A stretch of 64,000 bases of DNA from NCBI GenBank assembly GCA_905178155.1, contig CAJINV010000017.1, forward strand, positions 922,722-986,721. Direction: 5' to 3'. The position numbers were made by a program, and so were the translations under genes. Below, in pieces: positions 1-13,116 of this stretch. Each line of letters opens with the position of its first letter. Position 1 is the first letter of the stretch. The DNA is from Amoebophrya sp. A120 (taxonomy: Eukaryota > Protista > Dinoflagellata). A model generated the notes under the pieces. It saw only the letters and a program-made list of their open reading frames with translations, had not been told where the DNA came from and made no database searches.

Positions 1-1609
1 CCTCAGCGCGTGCCGGTCTCTCTTCTAAATGTGTCAAATCTTCTTGTTACGCATCGAGCTTTTTGGTCTTCTTCGTTCCGTCAGCAGAGATAGCGTCGCT
101 CCATGACCACGATGCTATCCGAATGTCCAGATAATGCTAGTATTCAGTGAAACACCACCCAGCGTAGTTTCTATCGTGCAGATTGTATGACTTTCACGAG
201 ATAAGCATGAATTTGAATTCTTTGGAACACGACAAGATTCGGGGATATTCTGCTTGTAAGGATTGCAAAAAAGACCAGCAAATAATTGAGCACAGGCAAG
301 ACCGCGCTGCATGAAAATGAGTGAAGATTTCACCTCCTTGTCCTTGACCGCGCGGGTGCAAGAGGACTGCTCTGGCTTGATCTCCTGTGCTACCTGTGTT
401 GCAAATATGAATGCTTGGTGGAGGTATAATTTGCGAATTATCGTCGTGATGATCGTCGTCTTTAGTAAGTTGCTACATACACGGCTGGAGTTCTCTTTCG
501 TTGCTGACAAAAAGGAAGTATCATGTATGTCCGAGTCCGGGTGAGCAAGCGCAAGCGCATGCGGACATCAGCCTGTCGCGACATGGGATAATCCAGGACT
601 CGTAACATCTCCATCGTGCGACTATGTTTGTATGATTAAGACTATCATCATGATTTTGTTTTTGATCTCCATCATGAAAAGTGCTTCGGTCATCTGCTGC
701 AATGTCACTGGAAAGTATGAGAGCCAGCAACATAGAAGTAGCGGAAGTTGTCTTCAGAAGGAATCCTCATTATTACTTACTTGTATGTCGGTGAAAAATA
801 ATCTGAGACTATTCGCTGTGAGTCGGTTCGTTTTTTTTTCGTTGCGCTACAAGAAACCGACCTAGCTAGAAACAACCCTCGTCCTTGCGTTTGATTTTCG
901 TACAACAAGAAAAGCAGTTACAGTTGAACACGTGCATACCATCAAAACAAGTCGAGACACGACAGAGGTGTACTTTTATGCGACCAACCTCGTGCGGCAC
1001 CACTGACGAATCGTACGTTCTTGAGCCCACCGCTCTCTTCTTATACATAGCCAAGAAACAGCTCGAGGTGGATGATAGTACATGTGTAAATCTAGTACGA
1101 CCAACAACATGATGTCACAATTACAGGAGGAGTCCTATCGGTTGATTCGTTCCATGCAAGGACCAAGCATCTGAATCTGTATCTGACGGAAAGAGCATTC
1201 GAATAACATGAATTTCATCGGTCGACGACGCAGAAAACAACAAAGCATGATGGTTCGCAAGAGCTTTATCCAGCAGTGAAAATGTTTTAGAAAGCCATGA
1301 GCTTCATTAGCATTCACAATCTCAACACAACAGGACTCTTGTGGTCCCCGTTATTTCTAGAAAATTTCTTCCCCTTTTATTGAGGTGAGAGATTTTTAGA
1401 ATAGCGAACTTTTTTCAACAACTTTTTTTTCTGCTTTTTGTAGTACAAAAAGACAAAACATTACGAGTAAACAGACACTACTTGGAGTTTCTCCTCTTTA
1501 AAAATCTACAGTAAGTACAAGTCGGAAGTTTCCCGATTCAAAAAAATAGTTTGGCACGGCGGCCCCGCGACCTCGTACATTTTTTTTGGTCAACTTGTCG
1601 TAAAAAAAG

Positions 1610-4600
1610 ATGTCGCCGCCATCGAAGCTTAAGGTGAAGGCATACACCTACGAGGAGATCGCGAAGCACAACAGGGAAAATGATTGCTGGGTGGTGATCA
1701 ACGGGAATGTGTGCGATATGACCCAATGGCTCCCGGAGAATGAAGAGGACAGAAAGATTTGCTTGGCGGGAGCGGGTATTGACTTTCATACGGAACAAGA
1801 ACTATTTTGTGGCAGGATTTTCATTTTTTGCAACGATCTGTGGAACAGCGGTTCATTGAAGATATTGCTGCAAATGCAAACTAAGGCTAAGCAAATTTAT
1901 TATTTCGGAATCAACAACAATTTTGATTTTCTATTCCCAGTTTGAATTTAGAAGTAGCGAAGAAAAACCGAAATCACCACCAGGTACCGACATCTCCGAG
2001 AAGTGGAATAAACATAAGGGACCACAGGGGCGCGACTACCTTCTTATCAGGTGCAACTGTTGTGTCTGGGTCTGGAAGAGGATAATCATAATTTCATGGG
2101 TGTTTTGTCCATGTCCTGCCCTTTTCGGGTCACGCCGAAGATGGGCCGCAATGCATGCCACAGCACCACAATAGGGCTTGCGAAGGCTGCCTGCTGATGC
2201 GTATTTTGGATGCTGAATTCACATCCACTCTAGCAGGCGCGACGTTGACGTGGAGCCGCAAACTTCTACTCCCTGAGAAAATGCATGATACTATATGGAT
2301 TTTGGTGTGAGGACCACCATACAAGCCACGGGACGCATCGAAATTGCACCTCTTTCCAGACTGAGACACATTTGCAATGCATACCTCTTGTCAAGTGCCC
2401 ATGGACGGTTATTGGAACGGTGGACACCAGTGATGAAAGCAGCAACATCATCGCAAGTATCATGTCTTTTAGATCATGTGGTGTGTGCTGCAGAAAAAAT
2501 ATTATATGAACATGCATCGAGACGAAAATCAAAATGAAAACCGGAATCAAAATCATAAACATGAGACATTTGGTGAAAAAGCTGACACTTCTTCTTTTGC
2601 CGCAGCGTCGCAGCCTATGATCCGCCAGCAGACGAAATTTTTGAAACTCTGACTCACAACTTGTACACAGATTTCAACGCGAAAGTCAACGCAGAGGTGA
2701 TGGCAAACAAGAAGAAGGCGAGTTATTCTCTGGAGGAGATCCAAAAGCACAATAAGGAGGGCGACGCGTGGGTGACGATCCAGGGGGACGTTTTGAACGT
2801 GACCGATTTCATCTACGAGCACCCCGGCGGCAAGCTGGTCATTTTGAATCTGGCAGGGAAGGACGCCACAGAGGATTTCTTGTCTATCCACCCCGCGGAG
2901 GTCTACCGGAAACACGCTCCTTACCTGATTATCGGCTCCCTCGAGGATAAGAACAAGCCGGGAAAGGCGGGTGGGTTGAACGCCCCCCTGCTGGACAAAG
3001 CCCCGGAACCGGAGGACGAGGGGGACTTCCCGGGCATTGTGGGCTCGGTGTTCTACGCCCTGCGCGCCGTCTTGACACAGATCTTCGCCACGCTCTTCTC
3101 CATCGAAAATTTCAAATTATCAAACGACAGAACCGGGCTCACAAGGTATAGTTAGAGCCCGAGTCGTTCTATTCATTCATGTTGAATTTTTTCACTTTAT
3201 GCATGGTTATGCTAATGCTGTAATATGACATATTACAGCATTAGCATAGGCAAGGGAGTGATTTTATAGGCAAGGGAGTGAAACTTCGAAGGGAGTTAAG
3301 GGAGCCAAGGGAGGAAAATAAAATTTGTACAAATTGCCTCCCCTTAAAACATCGCCAAAATGCATGCTATGGACGCGCTTACCGGTCGCCGGTTTGCGCC
3401 CTGCTGCCCCCCCCCCCCCGCTGCGGCCCCAGGTTTGTCCGCGTTTAGGCATTGGCTCGCTGCCGAAGGCCCTGGCCTCTTGAAGAAGGTGAGGGCTTCT
3501 AGAGTCGCCCCCGTCAACAGGAGTCGCCGGGGCGGCCTGGCCTCTGCCTCGCAACAAAGAGCGTGGAGCCGAAGGAACGCGTAAACTGTTGCCGTGACCA
3601 TGTCGAGTTTCCGTCGTCCGGGGGAAGTCGCGGCAGCCACTTCAGCAATTTGCTTGTCGAGATCTTTCGGGCGAGGTTCTGCGTGACCAGATTCAACGTC
3701 ATGCCGAACAGAGAATACGAAGTGGAAACGTTGAAGCGGCCACTTCGACTTTCTCCAATCGGGAAAGAGTTGCAGTGACCGCCGGAACGCGCAGCAAGTT
3801 TGAAGCCCACACGCGTAGCATATGCAGCCTGCTTCGCGCTGATGCTTCGCAACATTCCCACACGTGGGCGCATGTCCTACATGTTGCACGTGCCTCGCTG
3901 CGCGCGCGCAGGGCGCGGCCCGCAAAATTTTTGCTGTGTGCGCACAGATGTCGATCCGCGCGCGCGCAGCGCGCGCCGCGAGAAATTTTTGCTCTATGCC
4001 GTTCGCATTGGCGCGCTCGACTGCTTTTTTATCTTACTCCCTTGACTCCCTTGAAAAGTTGCGCTGTACTCCCTTGGCTGGCGCCAGACACTAATAAACC
4101 TAATTATGTTCAAGCTCCTGTTCTTAGTTGTTCTTGGTTGTAGTGAGCAGGATCATGGATGCGCATCATGTAAGTAGTTGCTCGGAAGATGCCACCATGT
4201 AGAAACATTCACACGAAAAACAAAACAAAAGCAACATCACTTCCACCAACAACTCACATCTCAGATCCGCCATCTTCATGATGTTTTTCATGGTGATCCA
4301 CGCGGTGGGCAACCTGCACATTTTTCTGGGGCCGGACGATTTTAACGGGTACGGGTACTTCTACGTGCGGCTGTACTGGACCATGGGCGGGCTGGTGAAG
4401 GCCAACATCGTGGAAGTCTACCTCATGCTCGCCGCCATCCTGCACGTCACCATCGCCCTGAAGCGCACCTGGGACATCAACCGCAACTACACGATCACGA
4501 GCGGCAAATTGAATCTCGCACTCTCCGGCTCCGGTCTCCTCATCTTCATGCTCATCCACCTGAACCAGTTCCGCTTCGGCGACACGCAAAAGTACTTATT

Positions 4601-5419
4601 GATCTAGACGAGAGAAAGTAGAATTTTTTACTTTTTTTCGTGTACACACTATCGCCGCATCTAGTTGTTGACATAGCTGCGCGTCATGATGATTCCCACC
4701 CTGTAGCAATACAAATCCAAAAATGCCATCAATGCCATTTTTGCACTAACTCAAAAGAAAGAATTCTCATGCAGACCTCCTTTTTTTATAGCAGCTCGCT
4801 GTACAAAAATTGTATTCAACACAGGTACTACGTCCGCCCGCCGCCTGTCTACTATGGGGGTATCAATTGGCCGGGTGTCACGCAGTTGAGGCTCTTCTGG
4901 TCTCAGGATGAGAGCATTGAGCCGGTGCCAGTCAGGGACATCTACAAGTTGGAATTCGACCTGTTTCAGGACGCTGGTATGGTTTTTGTTTTTTGTTCTT
5001 GCCATACGGTTCTTTCTCGCATTTCGTTTGCAGCAGCTTGGGGGTGCTATTTCTATTCAAAAGCGAGAGCCAGTACAAGAAACTCAAAGACAAACAGAAA
5101 CATCTTCAGAAGGCAACTGCATCAAGTGCGGTACTAAAAACACAATCACCGACCACCTAAAAAAAATATCCGAAAAAAAACACTTGCAGTTTGGGTGGTT
5201 TTCTACCTGCTGGCAACATGCGCGTTCATGGGGCACATGATCTGGGGGTGGCAGAAGGTCGTGCCCTGCTCGGCGTTCGCGATTCCGAAGAAGCAGATCA
5301 ACCGGGTAACTTGGTACGGCTGGATCTGGATGGGGTTGGTCGCCCTCTGCTACGTCTCCTTCCCGCTCTACTGCTACACGCAGCCCATGAAGACCGGCGC
5401 CCTCGGGCAGGTCGGGTAA
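1610..5419 (+). CDS. Two cytochrome b5-like domains fused to a succinate dehydrogenase/fumarate reductase cytochrome b558 (SdhC/FrdC, diheme type) membrane domain; 7 exons
   Basis: Exons ~1610-1775, 1984-2044, 2389-2429, 2671-3145, 4265-4591, 4825-4976, 5190-5419 join in frame. b5 #1: EEIAKHN..DCWVVING..VIGTV. b5 #2: EEIQKHN..DAWVTI..YEHPGG..AGKDATEDFLSIH. Membrane part has 4 His in helices (IHAVGNL..GPDDFNGY, ILHVTIA, LIHLNQFRF, MGHMIWGW). Confidence 0.8.
2045..2383. mobile_element. Introner-like TIR insert, family A-like (diverged)
   Basis: tatcaggtgcaactgttgtgtctgggtctggaa...ttccagactgagacacatttgcaatgcata; flanks cttct/cctct; removal gives YLLVKCPWTVIG. Confidence 0.8.
3208..3248. repeat. 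Perfect 20-bp palindrome/hairpin in intron
   Basis: tatgctaatgctgtaatatg-a-catattacagcattagcata. Confidence 0.9.
3250..4076. mobile_element. Putative non-autonomous TIR element inside a GT-AG intron, with a GC-rich core
   Basis: AAGGGAG x5 at left end (3252-3313), CTCCCTT x3 at right end (4037-4075); aagggagccaagggaggaaaataaaa is inverted relative to tttttatcttactcccttgactccctt. Confidence 0.55.
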
Positions 5420-7852
5420 GCAAAGAGGAGGGATGAAACGAAGAATGGGAATGGTTCTTGAACGACATAACGAGGATGATAAACAGATTTGATAAAAACC
5501 TTTTCCACGACGAGAGCGGCAAGCGATTGTACCGATGCAGCTACTTCTGCACCGTGAAGATTAGGACACCCTGGGGTGGATTTTTAGCTGTGGTGAAGCA
5601 AGAAGACTGTTGTAAGATGCGTAGTATCAAGATCGACGTTTCTGCTTTGTTGCCTACCTGATTTTTCGAGTTGTTTCTAAATGGACTGCTTACGTCAAGT
5701 TACACATGATTCATATTTTTTTACATGTTTCTGAAATAGTACGAGAATAAAGCTCTTGTTCCCAGTTTAGTTTCTTAATGTTCGCCTCCCAATATATGCT
5801 TTTACTACTTTTTCTTCTTTTTCACATTTTTGCAGATTAGATTGTCTTGTATACAGGGTACCTCAATACTAGGCCAGCAGCGTAGTTTACGTTATAGCCT
5901 GACAGTGAACATCAACATCAGAGGAACTTCTTGTTCTTAGTACGCGGCGTTGAGCCAGAAGGAGGTGAGCAAAAGGATTAATGTCTCAGAATTACGCCAG
6001 AAAAAAATCTTGTTTTGAAAGAAATGGTCGGCGACTAGAGAATGAGAAACAAACTTAAACTACGAAGCGAAGAGAAAGACCAGAAGCGAGACACGAATAA
6101 GAAGACCAGCGACCGAAATTATATCGCCATATCAGCATAGCGACACATCACTTGTACATACTCACAAACGTGATAACGACGAAACAAGCATTTGTAGGAT
6201 TTTTATGTGCTGGGCTAACAAGAAAGCGAGAAAAATTCTGATATGTTTCTACCACATCTGTAAGATACTTCTGAAGGAGGTTTTACAGGTTCAATCCCCT
6301 AGAAAGAAGGCGAAAGCCAGTGGACAACGACGAAACTAGTACGACAAGCACTCCTTTGTCTATTGCTATTCTCGCGCCGATGCACACGCGATAGTAACGT
6401 CCGCTCTTACGACTATTCTGCGACTGATTTTTTTTAGGACACCGGGATATGATAGCGTTAGCGACGAGAAAAAATAGAATTAGGCAGTCTCGATATCCAG
6501 ACGAGATGCGAGTTGAAGTTGAAAACACATTGGAGGAAACAAATTTCGAAAAAACGCCGGAAGATAGACAAAGTACGTACAAAAGTAGAACCGGAGGCTC
6601 AACAAGCTGGCAAACTATAGGATGCTATTCCTTGCTGTTTTGTATTCCCAAAACAAGAAAAGTAGTAGAATAAACGCAGCAAAAATTTGAAATGCAGCCC
6701 CTGTGAAAAGTATTTTGACATCTCAGTCACCCATCTACCTTGCTGCTGTTTACAATTTTTATATTTTTAGGGCAAATCGAATTTTCCTGCCGACTGATGA
6801 AAGGATGTCCAGAGCGTTCTAAAATTTTCCACAAGGAGAATCGCGATTTTTCACAACTGTTGGCTCCACAGACTGGGAGGAGTAAAAAAGCTGCACAGGA
6901 ACAGAAGGTGAGGGTTAACGCCGGATGGTTAAAAACGAAAAAGCTCATCGTCCTCACGAGGCAAGGAAAAAATCAAATCAACGGAAAGCGAAGTTTTAAC
7001 GTCTTCGCTCTCGGTGACGACTCGCACGGGCGGTCGTGTTGGTGTCTATCTCTCCATCTGCGCCCGACTATGAGGTGAGTCTGAATTATGTTCGACGACA
7101 TAGTTGCAACGCATTCTATCAGATAAAAAGGGCCTAGTACCAGTGCACGCCCCTGCAGGGTGGGCATAATCCACTTCTGTAGCTGTACACTCGCCCCCTG
7201 GCCCTGGCATGATAGTACTCCTGTCACGCATTACCGGCGAGAACGACAACGGCCCCACAATTATCAATCAATCCATCTGTTCCCCGAGAGAGAAAGAGAT
7301 ATAATTCTTTCTGTACGTTTTTTTGTTGAAGCTGAAAAATAAAAACTCTCTTTTTTTGAGCTGGTAGGCAATTATGCCGTCAGCACGTGAAAAAGACACA
7401 TGTAGGTAGAGGTGAACCATTGTAGGGCTACTTGAGATGTTTTTTTTTCTTATCCATGCAGGCAACACTGATAGCCATTTTCTATGAGAGAGAGACGGAG
7501 CATACATTTCTAACAAAGTAAATTGAGACGCACACGCAGTGACGTTTTTTTGCAGACCATCGCTCCTTAGGTGTGACAATACCGATATAAACTCGCACTC
7601 GGACAACTTTTCAGGCGATAGACAACACTGGGACTTATTTTTTTTCGGTGGCCGCGTTCGCGTTGCACGAAGCGACGTAGACGTTAACACTTCGGCTTTT
7701 TTCGCTGATTCTATCCAAGAAAAACAACTATAATAAAATTCCGCTGCTTTCGTGTTTCGTGCACTTGTAGATCAAGCGTGCCTAGAAGTTCCTCGAGGAC
7801 GCGCTTTTTGGTTTTGCCTCCTATCTAGGAATCGACAACAGAAAAAATCAAG

Positions 7853-10800
7853 ATGGCGAAGAAACCGCTCGTCGTTTGCGTTACCGGTGCCGCGGGGCAG
7901 ATCGGATATGCGATCACCCCGATGATCTGCAACGGGGACATGTTTGGTAAGGGTTTTTCTTGGGAGATTGATGGAATTATGCAACCAGCACAAGCAGTTC
8001 ATCTGTTCCTGTAGTACTCTACCTGGCATGAATATTAAAGCCGGGATGATGTTGATGAATTGTGTTGTCACATGGATCATCAAATGCTATATAAATTTGC
8101 AGGTGCGGACCAGCCTGTGATTCTTCATCTACTCGACTTGCCATTCGTCATGGAGTCTCTGGGTGGAGTGGTAATGGAGATCGAGGATGGCAATTACCCT
8201 CTGGTGTACGGGGTCGTTGCCACCTCCGACCCAGCAAAGGCCTTCACTGGGGCAGACTGTGCGGTGCTGCTTGGCGCCTTCCCAAGAAAACAAGGTATAT
8301 AGCACAGATAGAACACTGAAAGTGAACATGAAGCTTTTTGTGAAGCAAAACATGAAGTGATAGCTGCTTCTGTCATGCTGGACCTCGCTCTGGTGCTGCT
8401 GCTGCACAGAGCCACTGAACAAAACAGATGAAGAATTGTCGATATAGGAAGATTTTCAGGAGGTATTCTTCTAGAATGCTATTTTTTGCATGCGCAGCAA
8501 CGTGGAGTCAAAGGCCCACCCTTAGACGCGCCGTTTCCTTAAATCAGGTATGGAGCGCAAGGAGCTTATGGAAAAGAACATCGGGATCTTCAAGGCCATG
8601 GGTGAAGCCGTGGAGAAAAACGCGAACCCTAACATCAAAGTCTTGGTCGTCGGATATCCTGAGGAAAAACGTTCCCAGCACCTCATAGTCAAGGTTGAGA
8701 CTTTGCATCACAGACCCTGAATTTTTGGAATTCACGCATCATGACAAGTTTCTCTCTGTATTGTAGTGCAGATTAGCAATGACAGCCGTATCAGTCGTAA
8801 AGCCCTCGTCCCGTTATCCTGTCTGCAGCATCACAAATGCCAAACCACTACTTGGAATGCCTCAGGCTCAGCCTCTAATTGGGATGTACGTTACAAAGTT
8901 TTCTGTGGATGCAAATCCGCATGAAAGCTCTGGGATGCAGACGCTTTTACTCAGGATATGGGAAACCCAGCAAACACCAACGCCCTGGTCATGAGCAACT
9001 TTGCTCCCAAGGTAGATGAAATGGATTTTTTTTTGCGCTTTTTGTCATGCAAATTTATGCTAATATAATATCTCTACTTTATGTCATTTGGTCTTTGCAT
9101 GATGAAAACGAAAAACAACACCACGACTTCAATGACAAAAGGTGCCGAAGAAGAACTTCACGGCCATGACCCGATTGGACCACCATCGAGCGCTGGGTCC
9201 TATCAAAATCAAACCAAAAAAAACATGTTCGCATGAACAGTTCTGCATTAAGGAGTGCATAGTTTCTTTTGCACGAAATCACATTCAAAACGCGACCCAG
9301 AAGATTGAACCAGTGTAATTCTGCTCGTTCTTGCTCAAGTCTAGAGCAACTTGGTTTTTCCTCATGATGCGGTCTTGATAAATTCGAGAATGTAGGTAGC
9401 GCTACAAAAATCAACGACAACGTGTACTAGCACAACTTGAGAACCAGTGGTACGGAAGAAACTGGCTGCTGTAACGAAGTTAACGCGACTGATGTTTTCC
9501 CCATCCATACCTTAAATCGCGTTGAAAGCGGGCTGCAGTGTGAGGGACGTGCAGAATGTGATTATTTGGGGAAACCACAGCAGTACGCAGTATCCGGATG
9601 TGAATCACGCGACCGTGAGCGGCAAGCCGGTGCGACAGGTGTTGGGCGATGACAAATACCTATCGACAAGGAAAGTGAAGGTGCGTCGTCAACAGAAACT
9701 ATGGCTGAGTTGTGACTGTGAGACATACGCATTTCAAATTCTGTTTTGAAAGCCAAGTCAAAATATTTTCCCACGTCGACGTGTAGCAATCTTCTAGCTG
9801 GTCGTACGACAATAACGTAAAAGCAATTTGAGATGGTGCGTTGTATCATGAGGATGATCATCTTCGCGGCAACATTGGGTCGGCATGTAGTAGTTCATTT
9901 GCATCTTGGTCATCACGGTTTCATTTCTAACGCACTACTTTCCTTATCCTTAGATAGCAACTCAATGGGGAATTCATCGAACTGATTCAGAAGCGAGGCG
10001 CCGCGATTATCTCAGCACGTATTCTTATTTGAAAAAAAATGATATATGTTGACTTTTTGATGTGTTACGCCGGTCGCATGATAGTCCAGGCTTTTGATGT
10101 CACTTTGGCTTTTCTCTTCGGATTCGGAAAAACAACAATGAGAATACAGAAAGATGACTCTGCTCCAAGATGAACATCTAGATGTAGATCTACATCAAAC
10201 ACAAAGTAAAGTTTTTGGTCTCAACAGGTAAAGCATCCTCCGCACTCTCTGCCGCCCGGATATCACAACGAAAAAAGCTAGCCGTAGCTGCGTGCAATGT
10301 TTATTAAACTGCTTTATTTTCATGATGCAAAAATAAATCGGCGCCCGAAATGCGAGTGCGTCTTTTTTTGCATTTTGAAGGTGTGTGTCTCGAGTTTGTT
10401 GCAGCATGTTGATAACGGACACAGATGTTAATTCCCATTCCGAAGGTCCGCGCCGAGTCCTCTGCTGTTTGTGCATCTTGTAGGGGCGAGTGATGGTGCA
10501 TAGAAATAAATATGATGCGCAGCTACAGCTAGCAATGAGTTTCCGTGTGATAAAGTGCTGCGGTGACACACATGCGGTCGTGGTTCTGTGGAACGCAGTA
10601 TCAAGTGAAACAAAACTGCTCGCACCTTCGTCCCCATTTGCGATTTTTAAACCCGCTTGTGCTGGTCATAGTCAACCAGATTAACGGGCTCCTGCTCTTG
10701 CTGGGGTCAATAAAAAAGACAAGCAACAAGCTTATTCTTAAAAAAGTCCAGCACCTGGATGTGCGGCGCGCGGTATTTTGCCTTGCACTTGTAGTCCTCG

Positions 10801-11326
10801 TTTTTTGTATGCCTCATGAAACATATTTATACCCATATTGGATTGCCAGCCTCACAGTAGGTCACGAAAGGGACGACCTCACACACGAGTGAGAAGTTTT
10901 GTCAAAACTTGATACCGAGCCGGGGGAGTACGTGTCTATGGGGGTTTTGTCCGATGGAAACGAATACGGCGTCAAGCCCGGTATAAAGAATTTGTGTCAA
11001 CATTTCTTTTCTTTCTCTCTACAGATGCATGTTCGTCAGCAGTATCCACCGGCAAGTAGAAGAAGTTCAAGGTTGTCTCTGTGGCTGTTCTACTTCAGCA
11101 CTGGAAGTACCTAGGTGTCTTCACGACGGCAGTTTGAAGTAAGTACCTGACTGCTCCGCATCAACTTCACTACGCAGGTTTGATGTACTCCTTCCCCTGT
11201 GTGTGTAAGGAGGGACAGTGGTCGATCGCAAACGGGCTCAAACTGGACACTTTTTCGAAGGACAAGATGAAGGTGACCGAAGCCGAGCTCCAGGAGGAGA
11301 AGGATCTGGCCTTCTCGCTGATCTGA
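7853..11326 (+). CDS. MDH1: Cytosolic-type NAD-dependent malate dehydrogenase, multi-exon
   Basis: [94 protein letters not shown]; stop TGA 11324-11326. Confidence 0.95.
8655..8958. mobile_element. Introner-like TIR insert, family B
   Basis: tatcctgaggaaaaacg...cttttactcaggata; DR tcgga/tggga; restores VVGNP. Confidence 0.85.
9201..9509. mobile_element. Degenerate TAT..ATA insert/intron
   Basis: Element plus 5 nt removal restores RALGQIALKAG; TIR and DR decayed. Confidence 0.55.
9661..9956. mobile_element. Degenerate TIR insert/intron
   Basis: tatcgacaaggaaagt...actttccttatccttagata; +5 nt removal restores DKYLNGEF. Confidence 0.65.
10261..10552. mobile_element. TIR insert/intron, decayed DR
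   Basis: tatcacaacg..gctagccgtagctgcg / cgcagctacagctagc..cgtgtgata; restores SAA(S)AAVTHMRSW. Confidence 0.7.
10599..10914. mobile_element. TIR insert/intron
   Basis: tatcaagtgaaacaaaact...agttttgtcaaaacttgata; DR cgcag/ccgag; restores GT(Q/E)PGEYVSMG. Confidence 0.75.
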
Positions 11327-13116
11327 GCATGGCTACTTACAGTGCTGTCGAAGCGAAGATGCCACAGCAGCGATTGCGGACCACTACGACACGACCCCGC
11401 CATTGAAAATGTTTAATGTGAGTACTTCTACACAGAAAAAAAAATCGTTCAGATTCCCTTCATCATATAATTTTCCGCTCGTGTAAACAAAGCTTTTCGA
11501 CAAAAATGAAGAGGAAATCATACGACAAGCGCAAGTGAAATTATAATCTATGACAGACTTCAAGTTTTTCAACCTATACCAATACCTACCGTCAAGTTAA
11601 TTACCTAGACCTACCACGGGAAGTATGTAAGTACCTATTCGAGATCCAGGTCATATTAAAGTTCGATTGCGATTTTAAGGGAGGACTCGAAATGTTACGG
11701 ATAAAAGCACAGCATAGACAAGGTCCAAAGAACTCACCTTGTTCGGCTGTGGTCTTTGCTATATTCGGCGCGATTATTTTTTGACGCACATGAAGTGATG
11801 TCAGTCCGCTTATTTACTTAACATTCTAGCTGTAAGGGACGAAAGAATAAAGAGAAAGTTCTAATTCAAGCACTGCCACTTTTGCGACGGTGCTTCTCTT
11901 CAGCACGACCGCGGCATGTAAGGGACCGCTGGTCGTTATCTTCGTTTGATATCCGCAGCCGGACGGAAAAAGAGATGAACGCCGCCTCTTTATATACATA
12001 GGTGTCACTCCACATGAATCAGCATGAAGATGATCATGGCCAGACCGACTTGCCTATAGAAGCATAATGATGAAGTGTGGTCGCAGACAAGCGTAAGGGC
12101 AATGGAAGAAGATAGCATAGCACTACGGGAATGAAAGTGAAAGCAAGGCTGTACAACATGACGAAAGTTGTCACTTACCTGCCGCCTGGAAAAACAAAAT
12201 GAAGCCGCGTGAGCTTTTGCGGTACTGTTCTTCTTGGGAGTGACACGTTCGCGAAGAACTACGAAAACAACAGGCCACGACCCTCGAACTTGTTCGTCTT
12301 TCTCTTCGTCTATACGCTAAATGAGTGCAGCCACTTTTACTACATCCATGCAATTCCATGTCGTGCTTTCTCGTAGGAGCAAATTGAAACAAATCTTCCC
12401 AGATGAAATCGTAGTACACGTGGTGGACTAAAGAACCAGTTTTGTCGTCTTCCTTCGTACACCGCTGCATAGTGCTGATTTCTGTGGTTCTTGAATAAAT
12501 CGCATTGCAGTTGGAATCCTTTTCCTATCGGTCCTCGTCGTTGTCGTTGTTGGATACTAGTAAACGTCGTCCTCCCTGCGTCCAGACCGTCCTCCCTGCA
12601 AGATCGTTCGGTTCGTCGCCGTCCAGGATTTTACGAGCTTTGGATTTGGAAATAAAAATTAAGATACCGTAGGGTAAAAGGTACTACACAAGTAGATGAA
12701 GATTGTATACGTAAAAGACGTACGTGTACGACCTCCATCAGTCAGCTTCATCATTCAACAGCATCACATCAGCCTCGAAGAATGCGACACCAACACGACC
12801 ACGCCGGGAAAGAACGTCTTCGACCTTTCGCAAGTAGGAGAAATTTCTCAAAGTAGTTTGGTACAACTTCTTCACCGAAAAGAGTAGCTTTCTTCTAGTA
12901 CTTCATCTTTCCCCGCATTATTTTTTGAGGTAGTCTTTCTGCTGCGCTCTTCACTGACGAGCTTGCTAGAAAGTCAGACATCATCTACTCCGAACTTTTT
13001 ATCCCGAAGAAAAGCTCCAAAAAGTAGCTTGGTTGTTCCCGCCCAATACTAATTGTATGCGCAAGTATTAGTACTATTGGTACTAGAGTTAGTGAAGGCT
13101 CGACGAACGCAGCCAC

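Noticed and set aside
1-1500. Short ORFs at the window start
   Set aside because: No domains or coding bias; treated as intergenic.
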